A stretch of 64,000 nucleotides of DNA, taken from the NCBI GenBank assembly GCA_027355945.1, contig DAIEHA010000005.1, positions 3,067-67,066 of the forward strand, written 5' to 3'. The position numbers and the translations under genes are program-made. A model generated the notes under the pieces. The model saw only the letters and a program-made list of their open reading frames with translations. It had not been told where the DNA came from and searched no databases. Every line of letters starts with the position of its first letter. Positions within the stretch are counted from its first letter, which is position 1. This document shows, one piece after another, positions 38,217 to 48,183 of this stretch. Source of the DNA: Candidatus Parcubacteria bacterium. Lineage in GTDB: Bacteria; Patescibacteriota; Minisyncoccia; UBA6257; 2-01-FULL-56-20.

Positions 38217-38678
38217 CTATACCTCCAAGCGGGAAAATCGGTTCACCGACACGTTCTCTCCCACTTTGGCGATGACCTCGCCGATGATGTCCTTTATCGT
38301 CTTCGATTCATCCTTCACATACGGCTGCGCGAGGAGTTCCTCCACCGTTTCCGGTGCCGCCGCCGCAATATGCATCGCGATGTCATGCGCAAGCACCCGG
38401 AACGGCTCCGAACGTACGACGAAATCGGTCTCCGCGCGCACGTCGAGTATCACGCCGATCCGCTCATTATGCACATAGGATTCTATGAGGCCCGCTCCCG
38501 CCTCGCGACCCGCGCGCTTCTCCACCTTTTCAAGACCCTTTTCCGCAAGGATCTTCTTTGCATGATCGAGATCGCCCCCGGCCTCCAAAAGCGCCTTCCG
38601 GCAATCCATGACGCCGGCACCAGTCACCTCTCTCAGTTTCTGCACCGCTTCCGCGGTAACCTTGTTCGCGTCCGCCAT
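38217..38678 (-). CDS. tsf: Elongation factor Ts, short form
   Basis: VQKLREVTGAGVMDCRKAL, ETDFV, IAMHIAA, LLAQPYVKD, GENVSVNRFSR; follows rpsB. Confidence 0.95.
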   Translation of the reverse strand: MADANKVTAEAVQKLREVTGAGVMDCRKALLEAGGDLDHAKKILAEKGLEKVEKRAGREAGAGLIESYVHNERIGVILDVRAETDFVVRSEPFRVLAHDIAMHIAAAAPETVEELLAQPYVKDESKTIKDIIGEVIAKVGENVSVNRFSRLEV

Positions 38679-38701
38679 GATATTTGATTTTAAAAAATTA
38701 A

Positions 38702-39511
38702 TTACTTCTCCTGCGCCTTCGCAGCACCCTCGGCTTCCGCCTTCTTGGCGGCCTCCTGGGCCGCTGCAAGCGCCGCTGCCCTTGCCGTAGCGCCCGTTTC
38801 AAGCGCCTTGTCCATCTTCTTGAGGAACCATTCGATGCTGAGCTTCGCTTTGTCGTTTCCGGGGATGAGATAGTCGATAAGATCGGGATCCACGTCCACG
38901 TTCGCGAACGCGACAACCGGGATCTTCCTGATCTTCGCTTCGCGCACCGCCGTATCGTGGAGCACGGGATCGATCACGATGAGCACATCCGGTTCGCGGG
39001 TCAACGCCTCCAGGCCTCCCACGAGCTCTTCCAGCCGTCCAAGCTCCTTCTCGAGCTCAAGGCGCTCCTTCTTCGTATACTTGTCGAGCGCATGATTCGC
39101 GAAATCGGTGCGGAGCTTCTTCATGTAATCGATCCGCTTCGCGATGTTCCGATAATTCGTGATGGTACCTCCGACCCAGCGCGTCGTGACGTACGGAAGG
39201 GAATACTTCTTGGCGAGATCCGTGATGGCCTTGTCCGCGGCAGCCACCGCACCCACGAACAGCACGAGTCCTCCCTGGCGGATCTTTTCCACAACGAAAC
39301 CTGCCGCCTCCTCCACCGCATCCTCCGTCTTCTGGAGGTTGATGATCTCGATGCCCCCGCGGTTCGCGAGAACATACGATTTCATCTTGGGATTCGTCTT
39401 GCTCTTCTTGCGGCCATAGAAAACACCCGCGTCCATCATCTCGCGGGATGCCTCCGAAGGATACGCCTGCTGCGCAGCCTCGGCCTGTGGGGTGATTGTT
39501 TCGTCTGGCAT
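38702..39511 (-). CDS. rpsB: 30S ribosomal protein S2
   Basis: MMDAGVFYG...NPKM, IINLQKT, RWVGGTITN, AVREA, IPGND. Confidence 0.95.
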   Translation of the reverse strand: MPDETITPQAEAAQQAYPSEASREMMDAGVFYGRKKSKTNPKMKSYVLANRGGIEIINLQKTEDAVEEAAGFVVEKIRQGGLVLFVGAVAAADKAITDLAKKYSLPYVTTRWVGGTITNYRNIAKRIDYMKKLRTDFANHALDKYTKKERLELEKELGRLEELVGGLEALTREPDVLIVIDPVLHDTAVREAKIRKIPVVAFANVDVDPDLIDYLIPGNDKAKLSIEWFLKKMDKALETGATARAAALAAAQEAAKKAEAEGAAKAQEK

Positions 39512-39568
39512 TACGAGGAAGATTATAGCAAACCAGTAGGAATGGTCAAGGCATGCCGCGGGAAACCG

Positions 39569-40621
39569 CTATCGGGAGACGAAAAAGAGCGCAAGACCGA
39601 GCACGGCAAAGATCGCCGAAACGATCCAAAATCGCATGGTCACCTGGGATTCCGGCCAGCCGAGAGCCTCAAAATGATGATGGATCGGCGCGGAACGGAA
39701 TACCTTCTTCCCGTGGCGGAGCTTCTTTGAGGCCACTTGGATGATGACCGAAAGCGACTCGATGACGAGGATGATCGCGAAGAACGGAAGGATGAGCGTG
39801 GTGTTCGTGAGCATCGCGATCGTACCGATCGTGACGCCGAGCGCCATGGAGCCGGTGTCACCCATGATGAACTTCGCCGGATAGATATTGTACCAGAGGA
39901 ATGCAAGCAGAGCCCCGATCGTCACGCCGCTGAACGCGGCAAGGTCGTAAAGGTGCAACGTGAACGCCACCGCGGTGAGCGCGAAAAAAGTGAAGAGGGA
40001 CACGCCCCCAAGAAGACCGTCGAGGCCGTCCGTCTCGTTGGCACTGAATGCCGACGCGAAGATGATGAAAATGAAGATGGGAAGGTACCACCAGCCGATC
40101 GTCACATTGCCCATGAAGGGAACGTCTATCGAATTCCAGCCGAGGCGGAAATAGAACCACCATGCGCCGATCCCGGCCGCCACGAGGTACATGATCGATT
40201 TATGACGGACCTTCATCCCTCCTCCGTCCGCACCCCCAAGGCGCAGCACGCCGAGCCAATCATCAAGAAGGCCGAGGAGGGCCGCGATGAGCATCGCCGC
40301 GATCGGAAGGTATGTCTCTCCCCTATTCACAAAACTGAAATAGTGCCACCATCCATCGAAGATATGGTTACCGATATCGAAGATGAGCGCGAGGCCGAGC
40401 ACCGTCGACCAGATGATCACGCCTGCGCCCGTGATCGTACCCTCTTTGTTCTTGTGGAGGCTCTGGAATACCGGCGTATCGCTACCGTTGCGCAGCTGTT
40501 TGCCGAAACGGTACTTTCTGAGCACCTTGAACCACAAAGGGGTCACAACGAGCGCGACGAGGAACGAGGTGGCGGTGAGAATGGTCACGCGAACGGCTTG
40601 AGGAAGAAGCAGCGAATGCAT
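39569..40621 (-). CDS. mraY: Phospho-N-acetylmuramoyl-pentapeptide transferase
   Basis: HKNKEGT, LGLLDD, NETDGLDGL, NIYPAKFIMGDTGS, APIHHHFE..GWPE. Confidence 0.95.
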   Translation of the reverse strand: MHSLLLPQAVRVTILTATSFLVALVVTPLWFKVLRKYRFGKQLRNGSDTPVFQSLHKNKEGTITGAGVIIWSTVLGLALIFDIGNHIFDGWWHYFSFVNRGETYLPIAAMLIAALLGLLDDWLGVLRLGGADGGGMKVRHKSIMYLVAAGIGAWWFYFRLGWNSIDVPFMGNVTIGWWYLPIFIFIIFASAFSANETDGLDGLLGGVSLFTFFALTAVAFTLHLYDLAAFSGVTIGALLAFLWYNIYPAKFIMGDTGSMALGVTIGTIAMLTNTTLILPFFAIILVIESLSVIIQVASKKLRHGKKVFRSAPIHHHFEALGWPESQVTMRFWIVSAIFAVLGLALFFVSR

Positions 40622-40635
40622 GGGGCGTATATTCC

Positions 40636-41667
40636 TTATTTATAATCCATTTTAACCCAATCGAGCAGATTTGTGGTATCGGAGAACCGTTCCGCGGTGT
40701 CCCCCGCGCCAAGGACGATGATGAGGACCGGATTCCCGTCATAGCGGAACAGGGAAAGGAGGTTGTCCTTCGCTTCCGGGATGAACCCCGTCTTCCCCCC
40801 GATGAAACCCGGGGTTCCCGCAAAATCGTTGATGCTCCGCACGTCCGTTTTTACGCCGTTCGCATAATTCGCAATGACGATATCCGGCGTATCGGTGAAT
40901 TGGAGGATCGTGGGATAGCTTTGGTATACGTGGGTCGCGAGGATCGCGAGATCGTGCGCCGTCGATTCGTTCGCCGAGGAAAGTCCCGAAGGATCGTCGA
41001 AATAGGTATCACGCATCCCCCATGCCTTGGCGCGCGCATTCATCTCCTGGAGGAATTGCGTACGACCGTAATAATCGGCGAACGCCTCCGCAGCGACATT
41101 GCTCGAAGGCATGAGCATCACGTGGAGCAGGTCGTACACGCTATACGTGCCGTTTACGACGAGATGCCCCTCTTCGGGGTCCACCGCCATCATCTGGGGA
41201 GTGATCGTGATCCTCGTATCCATGCTGAAATGATCGAGTACGAGCGTCGCCGTCATGAGCTTCGTGAGCGATGCGGTGGGCCATCGGACGTTCTGATCCA
41301 CGTCCGCAAGATCCACGCCGTTCGTGATATCGCGCACAAGAAGCTCCTCGCGCATAAACTCCGGCACGGCCGTGGTCGCCACCCGCTGGAAGACCGATGC
41401 CGTCGTATCCATCTCGCCGTAATAAGGCGTCGTCGACGAGGGCGTCCCTGAAGGACCTCCTCCCACGGGGTTCGCGCTTGCGATCGCGGCAGGCGCACCA
41501 AGCGACGCCGCGCCGGGCCCGAGCACGATATGCGGCGCATACGCCGTCCCCGATGCCCCCTGCGCCTGCGGCGCGGCGGAAAGATCGACGTACCATATGC
41601 GCGCCACGAGCACCACGATCGCGGCGAGCAGCAGGAACACGAGCTTTTGTGATTTTCCTCCGGTCAT
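40636..41667 (-). CDS. D-alanyl-D-alanine carboxypeptidase (peptidase S11)
   Basis: ASLTKLMT (SxxK), SSN (SxN), DPSGL, GGKTG. Confidence 0.92.
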   Translation of the reverse strand: MTGGKSQKLVFLLLAAIVVLVARIWYVDLSAAPQAQGASGTAYAPHIVLGPGAASLGAPAAIASANPVGGGPSGTPSSTTPYYGEMDTTASVFQRVATTAVPEFMREELLVRDITNGVDLADVDQNVRWPTASLTKLMTATLVLDHFSMDTRITITPQMMAVDPEEGHLVVNGTYSVYDLLHVMLMPSSNVAAEAFADYYGRTQFLQEMNARAKAWGMRDTYFDDPSGLSSANESTAHDLAILATHVYQSYPTILQFTDTPDIVIANYANGVKTDVRSINDFAGTPGFIGGKTGFIPEAKDNLLSLFRYDGNPVLIIVLGAGDTAERFSDTTNLLDWVKMDYK

Positions 41668-41690
41668 TACGGGTGATTTTTAGATGACGC

Positions 41691-42278
41691 TCACGCCTTC
41701 GAGACGCCTTCCGCGGATCCCGGTTCGAACACCTTCAACAGCTCACGGAACTTCTCATAATCGGGAAGTTCCCCGCTCTCCTTCACCCCGAGATGCTTCA
41801 TAAGGTCGAATGTGGGGCGATAGAGAAACGACGCTGGATGTTCGGGGTCGGGCAACCGTTCGACGAGACCCCGGATCGCGAGGCTCCGCAGGATGACGCT
41901 CGAATTCACCCCTCGAAGATATTCGAGCTTGGCGCGCGAGAGAGGGCCGAGATATGCGATGATGGCGAGCGCCTCGAGCGACGCCGCGGACAGATCCTCC
42001 GAGACCTCTTCCTTCACGAACGCCTCAAGGATGCCGTTGAACTCCGGCTTTGTGGCGAGCTGCACCTTCTCGCGATCGGAAATGAGCTGGAGGCCGCGAT
42101 CCTCTGCGGCAAGCGACGCCGCGAATTCCGCAACAAGCGCCTCCGCCTCCTCCTTCGTACCCACGCCCAGCACCTCCTGCACCTTCTTATATGCGAGCGG
42201 TTCCCCGTGTATGAAAAGCAGCGCTTCGAGGGCGGCTCGCGGATTTGTTGTTCCTTTTTCCTTCGGAAAATCGCTCAT
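41691..42278 (-). CDS. scpB: SMC-Scp complex subunit ScpB
   Basis: LEALLF, LSAASLEALAIIAY, LEYLRGVNS, L..RGLV, Y.PT..L..LG. Confidence 0.93.
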   Translation of the reverse strand: MSDFPKEKGTTNPRAALEALLFIHGEPLAYKKVQEVLGVGTKEEAEALVAEFAASLAAEDRGLQLISDREKVQLATKPEFNGILEAFVKEEVSEDLSAASLEALAIIAYLGPLSRAKLEYLRGVNSSVILRSLAIRGLVERLPDPEHPASFLYRPTFDLMKHLGVKESGELPDYEKFRELLKVFEPGSAEGVSKA

Positions 42279-43057
42279 TTTTTCTTCACCAGTATATCAG
42301 AAAACGCCTCGATCTGCTCGAGGAGCACGAGCTGTTCCCGTGCGAGATGCAGGAGTGCGAGAAAGACCACGACCTGTTCGCCTTTCGTCCCCGCCTTCGA
42401 GAGATTCCCGAAATGCAGATCTCCCTCCTTCTCGATCCTCCCCAGCACCTCCGAGATCTTCTCCTCGAGCGTGACGATCCTCTCCCGTATGGTCTCCGTC
42501 TCCAGCTCATAGGTCTTGATCGTCTCAAAGATGCGGCCGAGCGCCTCGGCAAGCACCTCCGTACCGAGACCTGCGCCGGGATAGAAGATGGCGTGCTCCG
42601 CGATGAAGGCGCTTTTCCCGGCGAGATACGCGCGACTGTAGGAACGATGGCTCTCATGCCAAAGCGTGTGGAGCATCCTGAGCGCCGGCTTCAATTCCTG
42701 ATAGATCCTCAGGCGCTCCTCAAGATCCTTGATGTCCGCCTCTTCCTCCTCGGAAAGCGGGAGTCCCGGCAGGAGGTATTTCGATTTCAGGAATATGAGC
42801 CTGCTTGCGACCGCGACAAAATCCGCAAGAAGACGGAGATCCGCACGGAACGGCTGTCCGAACGAATCTTCGGGAAGCGCCTCGGGAAGCACCTCCGCGA
42901 CCCCGATCGCGCTCTTCAGATCCTCGAGATAGCGTAGGAATCCATCCGTGACCCTCGCAAGGCTCACCGCATTGATGTCCATCTTCTCCTGCTCGATGAG
43001 CTCGAGGAGCTTGTCGAGCGGACCCTTGAATTCCCCAACCTGAAGTTCGTATGCCAT
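42275..43057 (-). CDS. scpA: Segregation and condensation protein ScpA
   Basis: FKGPLDKLLELI, ADFVAVASRLIFLKSKYLLP, FLALLHL, EQ...FSDI. Confidence 0.93.
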   Translation of the reverse strand: MAYELQVGEFKGPLDKLLELIEQEKMDINAVSLARVTDGFLRYLEDLKSAIGVAEVLPEALPEDSFGQPFRADLRLLADFVAVASRLIFLKSKYLLPGLPLSEEEEADIKDLEERLRIYQELKPALRMLHTLWHESHRSYSRAYLAGKSAFIAEHAIFYPGAGLGTEVLAEALGRIFETIKTYELETETIRERIVTLEEKISEVLGRIEKEGDLHFGNLSKAGTKGEQVVVFLALLHLAREQLVLLEQIEAFSDILVKKK

Positions 43058-43172
43058 CGCGCGTATCCGTTCCCCTCATCATACGGGAAAACCCACATGC
43101 GGGCAATGAAATCCGGGCCATTTGACGCATTCCCTGCCGTACTTCTATGATGCATGGAGAAGGAGATGCCCT

Positions 43173-43367
43173 ATGGCGCATTATAACCACGTGAAGACCA
43201 TAATCCTTTCCACCGTTCAGCCGAACCTCAACCACGACGCGATCTCGCTCGAACCCTCTTCCACCTCCATCGATGACTGCCTAAAGGATGGATGGGAGAT
43301 CGTGTCCGTGTTCCCGTGCGTCTTCACGAACACTGCAGCCGTCGTCGCGGTGCTCGGCAAGAATTGA
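43173..43367 (+). CDS. Small hypothetical protein (DUF4177/DUF1737-like)
   Basis: AAGGAG SD, TTGACG/TATGAT promoter; IDDCLKDGWEIVSV motif. Confidence 0.55.
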   Translation: MAHYNHVKTIILSTVQPNLNHDAISLEPSSTSIDDCLKDGWEIVSVFPCVFTNTAAVVAVLGKN

Positions 43368-43454
43368 CCGCAGGAGATGTCCGGTAATCCCCCGGCGCGC
43401 TTCACCTTGAAGGCGCCGTTTTCTTTACCTTCGCGACGGGGGTATAATGGTCGC

Positions 43455-44591
43455 ATGACGCACGCGCTTTATAGGAAATACCGCCCCAAACGCCTTGAGG
43501 ATGTGCTCGGACAGGATACGAACATGGAGATCCTCAAGAACGCCGCAAAGGCGGGCCGCATCGGCCACGCATACATCTTCTACGGAGCCCGGGGCACCGG
43601 AAAGACGACGACCGCGCGCCTCATTGCAAAGCTTCTGAACTGCGAAAAACGCAGAAGCGATCCTGCGTTCGCTGCGGAAGGCGAACCCTGCAACGAGTGC
43701 CGCGAATGCCTCGCGGTCGATGCGCAGAATTCGATGGACGTGATCGAAATCGACGCCGCCTCGAACCGCGGCATCGACGAGATTCGGAACCTCAAAGAGA
43801 GCATTCGGACCGCGCCCGCCACGGGTGCATACAAGGTCTACATCATCGACGAGGCTCACATGCTCACGAATGCCGCATTCAATGCGCTCCTGAAGACCCT
43901 CGAGGAGCCGCCCGCCCACGCTGTGATCGTCATGGCGACCACCGAGTTCGAGAAGCTCCCTGCTACCATTACGTCGCGCGCGCAGCGCTTCACGTTCCGC
44001 AAACAGCCCAAGGCGATCATCATGGCAAAACTTGCGGCGATCGCAAAGGAGGAAGGGATCGCCATCGAACCATCCGCGCTCGAGCTCCTTGCCGCCGTAG
44101 GCGAAGGAAGCTTCCGCGACGCCGAGTCGCTCCTTGAACAGGTATCCTCCTTCGGGACCGGGGGCTCCCCCTCCTCCGCGGCGCGCGCGATCACCCTTGC
44201 CGACACCGAACGGATCACGGGGCGTACCGGCCTCCGCAAGGTGCATGGATTCGCCGAACTCCTCCTCGCAAAGGATGCAAAAGGCGCCCTCGCCTATCTG
44301 GCGGAACTCTCCGACGAAGGGCACAATCTCGTGCAATTTACCAAGGATCTCATCCATTATCTCCGCAAGACGCTTTCCCTTTCCGTGAATCCCTCGCTTG
44401 AGCCATCATTCGAGAAGGACCTCACCAAGGACGAGCTTGCAGCCATGAAGGTCCTCGGCGCCCAAAAGGGCGTGGACAATGCGATGCTCGTACGGATCAT
44501 CAAGGCACTCATCCGCGCCTATGCGGAGATGCGCTATTCCCCCTTTGCCGCCGTCCCCCTCGAGGTCATGCTCGTCGAGCAGCTTTCGTGA
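43455..44591 (+). CDS. dnaX: DNA polymerase III gamma/tau (short, domains I-III)
   Basis: ALYRKYRP, HAYIFYGARGTGKTT, CNECREC, EIDAASNRGID, IIDEAHML, NALLKTLEEPP, GSFRDA; TATAAT 6 nt before ATG. Confidence 0.95.
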   Translation: MTHALYRKYRPKRLEDVLGQDTNMEILKNAAKAGRIGHAYIFYGARGTGKTTTARLIAKLLNCEKRRSDPAFAAEGEPCNECRECLAVDAQNSMDVIEIDAASNRGIDEIRNLKESIRTAPATGAYKVYIIDEAHMLTNAAFNALLKTLEEPPAHAVIVMATTEFEKLPATITSRAQRFTFRKQPKAIIMAKLAAIAKEEGIAIEPSALELLAAVGEGSFRDAESLLEQVSSFGTGGSPSSAARAITLADTERITGRTGLRKVHGFAELLLAKDAKGALAYLAELSDEGHNLVQFTKDLIHYLRKTLSLSVNPSLEPSFEKDLTKDELAAMKVLGAQKGVDNAMLVRIIKALIRAYAEMRYSPFAAVPLEVMLVEQLS

Positions 44592-44625
44592 TCACCGCGC
44601 CCCGCATCGTTTTTTGATATGAAAA

Positions 44626-44653
44626 TCCCGCATGCGCATTGGCGCATGCGGGA
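44626..44653. terminator. Perfect 12-bp hairpin between convergent genes
   Basis: TCCCGCATGCGC-ATTG-GCGCATGCGGGA. Confidence 0.65.
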
Positions 44654-44667
44654 ATGAGATCCTCGCA

Positions 44668-45141
44668 TCATCTATCGAGTTTAGCCCGCCACCCGAGAAG
44701 CGTGGACGTGTGATCTATGCCCGGAGGGACCTTCTCGGCCAGGAGGTCCTCGAACTCGCGTTCGGTGAACACTGTCGTCGTATCCCCCTCTTCGATGATC
44801 CGCGCCGCGTCGTTCGCCTGGTCCTTATGCGCGTACGCATAGAGGTCCAACCAGTCGTCAATGAGGGGACCATCCCGATCCTCCTCGATCTTGCATGCGA
44901 ATGCGACGCCGAGCTCCGTGAGTGGCGTCCCGCACGCCTCTTTCGCGCCTCGGGGCCCCTGCTCCACATAAATATGCCGGATGCGCTCTTCAATGAGCAT
45001 CTCCGCTATCGGGCTTTTGATTTCCGCATATTGTTCGGGGGCCACGTCCACGAACACGGTCCATGCCGCTCCCATGACGATTATTCCGGCGATCGTTCCC
45101 GCCCAAAAACGGTCCCGCTGCCCACGTTCCCTATCCCGCAT
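44668..45141 (-). CDS. Hypothetical single-TM protein
   Basis: AGGAGG SD, N-terminal TM helix, AT-rich promoter. Confidence 0.65.
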   Translation of the reverse strand: MRDRERGQRDRFWAGTIAGIIVMGAAWTVFVDVAPEQYAEIKSPIAEMLIEERIRHIYVEQGPRGAKEACGTPLTELGVAFACKIEEDRDGPLIDDWLDLYAYAHKDQANDAARIIEEGDTTTVFTEREFEDLLAEKVPPGIDHTSTLLGWRAKLDR

Positions 45142-45272
45142 ATGACCTCCTCTCCCTCTGCCAGCGTTATAACATAAAATAACAAATCCATCAAATACAC
45201 CCTTTTGAAGGATGCCGTTCTATTGAAAATTATCAGCTTCCCGCTATAATGATGAAGTTCGCGTTTTTTGCT

Positions 45273-45343
45273 TGCCGGGTCGTCTAATGGTAGGACTCCA
45301 GGTTCTGGCCCTGGGTATCTTGGTTCGAATCCAGGCCCGGCAG
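45273..45343 (+). tRNA. tRNA-Gln (CTG)
   Basis: TGCCGGG/CCCGGCA acceptor stem, CCAGG-TTCTGGC-CCTGG anticodon arm, GGTTCGAATCC; TTGAAA...TATAAT promoter upstream. Confidence 0.96.
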
Positions 45344-45521
45344 CACTCCGTTCACATCGCCATTTTTAGGTGCTTTTGCGATGCCATCAAATGGCGTTTT
45401 GTACTGTATTGACGCCACCTTTCGACTCTCAAGCGAAAGGTTCCGTTCCCGATTTCAATCTATTGACATATATCATATAAATTGCGTATAATATAGCCAC
45501 GATACCCATAGGAGGCGCATC

Positions 45522-46094
45522 GTGTTCCTTTCTATTTTGGCGGCTGTTTTTTCTGGAGTTGCTTACGTTCTGTACCTGCATCAGGTCTATGCCGGTGGCT
45601 CGGTACCGAATCCGGCATCATGGACGGTCTGGGCATTCCTCGCTGGCCTGAATGCGATCACCTTCTGGAAGGGATCGAAGGATGGTCTCGCGACGGCACA
45701 GTTCTTCACTGGTGCCGTGGGATGTTTCGGGGTCTGGGCTTTCGCGTTGAGCACGGGCAAGTTCGCCCCGCTTGATGCGATGGCGTGGATCGTACTCATC
45801 CTCTGCATCGCTGCATGTTTGGTCTGGTGGAAAACGAAGAATGCGATCTACGCAAATCTCGTTCTCGGCGGTACCCTCGCAGTATCGTTTATCCCCACCA
45901 TCGTGAGCGTATGGCAGGATGGAAGGATCGAGCAACCGATTCCGTGGGACTTGTGGACGGCGGCGTTCGCAGTCACCTCACTCAACGTACTCCGACGTAC
46001 CGATCGGATGAAACCGCGATGGTGGTTCCTGATGGTGGTGCCGATTCTCGGCGTCATTCTTCACGGAATTGTTGCCCTCGGCGTGGCGCGTTAA
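45522..46094 (+). CDS. Multi-TM membrane protein (PQ-loop-like repeat)
   Basis: GGAGG SD plus GTG; Y..QV..G...PNPASW.VW and PTI..VW...E....W repeats. Confidence 0.75.
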   Translation: MFLSILAAVFSGVAYVLYLHQVYAGGSVPNPASWTVWAFLAGLNAITFWKGSKDGLATAQFFTGAVGCFGVWAFALSTGKFAPLDAMAWIVLILCIAACLVWWKTKNAIYANLVLGGTLAVSFIPTIVSVWQDGRIEQPIPWDLWTAAFAVTSLNVLRRTDRMKPRWWFLMVVPILGVILHGIVALGVAR

Positions 46095-46118
46095 CTTAGG
46101 CTCAGAAAGGAGTCGGAC

Positions 46119-46409
46119 ATGCCCTTTGATAAATTGTTTTCACTCGATGGCCGTGCATGGTCAGCCAGCTTTGTAAACATCGTGGCGATGGCGCTTCAAT
46201 TCTGGGCGCTGTGGACGACAAACAACGTCGGCGGCACCTCACTCGGTATGCTTGCGATCTTCCTTTATGTGCAGATTACTTTTGCACAACTGGGGCGTCG
46301 CGACAAATCGTGGGCGTTATTCTGGGGGATGGCGATCAGCGGTGTTATTACGACCGCAATCATCCTCTTCGTGGTATACATCAAATACTTCAGCCATCTG
46401 CATCAGTAA
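46119..46409 (+). CDS. 3-TM SemiSWEET/PQ-loop-like protein
   Basis: AAGGAG SD; Q.WALWTT.NVGG.SL motif, three helices, 96 aa. Confidence 0.65.
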   Translation: MPFDKLFSLDGRAWSASFVNIVAMALQFWALWTTNNVGGTSLGMLAIFLYVQITFAQLGRRDKSWALFWGMAISGVITTAIILFVVYIKYFSHLHQ

Positions 46410-46578
46410 GCCGGTCCCCGGCAAAAGCGGCGCTCTCCTATCTTGGAGGCGCCGCTATTTAATTTCTCTGAAATTCGTAGATAAATAAGTTCCCACAGCG
46501 TGCCACAAGGTCAGCAGCCGACACACTGAAGTCAGTTTCAAAAAAATTCAGCCGTGCTGCGCGGAGCGACGCGTATTG

Positions 46579-47607
46579 CTAGATCAGATCTTTGATAACC
46601 TTTGCGTCCAGCGTATACGCCCGCACGAACGAATCGTCGACATGCGCGTACAACAGGCCCTTCCCGTCCTTCTGTTCGACGAATTGGCTCGCAAAGGTGA
46701 TCGTTTTCGCTTCGCTATCCTGGATAAACGGCTCCGGTGAAACCCAATCGATCGTGCCGTGCTCATAGTCGTACAGGAAAAGACCGACGGAAAACATGCC
46801 ATATTTTATGTGGTCCCCTTCATGCTGGTTGGCCTCTCGGCCGTTCATGATACCTACCAGTTTTCCATCGCCGATATCGATGAAGCTTCTCGGTAACAAT
46901 GGCCCAGGCGATGCGTGGCCGGCGATCCAAGCGATGTCATGCTCCGCAGGGTGGAAGACCTCATCGCCCCATTCCCATGTTTTTCCCATATCGTGCACCC
47001 TCGCGACACGCACCGTCGAATAGCGATCCGTCTTGCGGTCGCTCGATTCAAACAGGTTATAGCGGAACCCCTTGCTGTTCAGCGGCGCGATCGACACCTC
47101 CTTGGCTCGTCCCTTTGGATCATCGGCCATGAGCACCGGTTCGGTCATCTCAAGCGCGTGGAGATCCCTGCCCACCGCATGTCCCACATGTGTGATCGTT
47201 CCCCCGCCACCCTTATGCCGAAGCGGAATGGTGAAATAGGCGTGCATCAGACCAGTTCCTTCGTCGACCCAAATATCCGGATCTTCGAGGCCGATGAAAT
47301 CAAATTCATCGCCGGCCAGCCGCGTTATGATCTCATCCTCGTGTTTCATCCTAAGGCGCTCGCCGATCTCAAAATGATCCGGCGAATCGCCCCTCACGAT
47401 ATGCAGTTCGCTGCGATCGACGTACCCTAGGATCTCCACGTCCCCGGTGCGGCTTGTTATGCAGCGAATGATGCCCTCGCGATGATCGGTTCGCGGATCG
47501 AGTGTGATCGCCATGACGTGCGCGAAACGCGCGTCCCGTTCAACGGCTTTCCCTGGATGCGCGATATAGCCTTTTTGTTTTTCCATGTTTCCCGTTTTTG
47601 CCGCCAT
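46579..47607 (-). CDS. Five-bladed beta-propeller glycosidase/phosphorylase-like protein (GH130/GH43-like)
   Basis: GLEDPDI, GHA.G.DL, EPVL, GHASPGP, ITFAS, LLYAHVDDSFVRAY. Confidence 0.65.
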   Translation of the reverse strand: MAAKTGNMEKQKGYIAHPGKAVERDARFAHVMAITLDPRTDHREGIIRCITSRTGDVEILGYVDRSELHIVRGDSPDHFEIGERLRMKHEDEIITRLAGDEFDFIGLEDPDIWVDEGTGLMHAYFTIPLRHKGGGGTITHVGHAVGRDLHALEMTEPVLMADDPKGRAKEVSIAPLNSKGFRYNLFESSDRKTDRYSTVRVARVHDMGKTWEWGDEVFHPAEHDIAWIAGHASPGPLLPRSFIDIGDGKLVGIMNGREANQHEGDHIKYGMFSVGLFLYDYEHGTIDWVSPEPFIQDSEAKTITFASQFVEQKDGKGLLYAHVDDSFVRAYTLDAKVIKDLI

Positions 47608-47749
47608 TATGAGAATACTATCACTTTATGCGATTCTTGCCGTTAGGCGAGCGCAGTAAAAGCGGTTCCCCTCGCCGAGGCCCCGTCCTGGAAGTCGAAC
47701 TGCGAGGATTGCTATACTTAGAGAAAGGCCAAAACAATAAACAAATCAT

Positions 47750-48130
47750 ATGGACAATTCACTCGTCCTTATACAGATGATCGGCATCGGCTTCTTCGTC
47801 ATCGGCGTCGGAATGCTTATGAGAAGGAAGTCCATGTCATCCGTGCTTGAAAATGCCGTGCAGAATCCCGGAACTTTGTATCTCATGGGGATCGTCGCGC
47901 TCATTCTCGGCGTTGTCATGACGGCATCCCGGGCGGCATGGTCGGGATGGCAGTTGCTTGTCGCGCTCATCGGCTGGTTGGCGCTTGCAAAGGGCACCGT
48001 CATCATCCTCTTCCCGGAATCCATAGCTTCCCTCTATCGAAGGATGAATAAGCCCGGCGTGTTCGCCGTGGGAGGCATCGTCATAGTCGTGATCGGGTTG
48101 TTCTTCATGTGGATAGGGTTCGGATGGTGA
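47750..48130 (+). CDS. Small 4-TM membrane protein
   Basis: Four hydrophobic helices, W..LVALIGWLALAKG...ILFP. Confidence 0.75.
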   Translation: MDNSLVLIQMIGIGFFVIGVGMLMRRKSMSSVLENAVQNPGTLYLMGIVALILGVVMTASRAAWSGWQLLVALIGWLALAKGTVIILFPESIASLYRRMNKPGVFAVGGIVIVVIGLFFMWIGFGW

Positions 48131-48183
48131 CCCCCCTGTCTACCCGTTGCCATTAAAGGACCGGATCGTATAAACCCAACACC

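Noticed and set aside
43455-44591. Programmed frameshift extending dnaX to tau
   Set aside because: No slippery A-run near the stop and no plausible downstream domain IV/V frame; the next gene is convergent
37719-45343. Integrative element or prophage bounded by the tRNAs
   Set aside because: The interval holds core genes (tsf, rpsB, mraY, scpAB, dnaX); no integrase and no duplicated tRNA 3' end was seen
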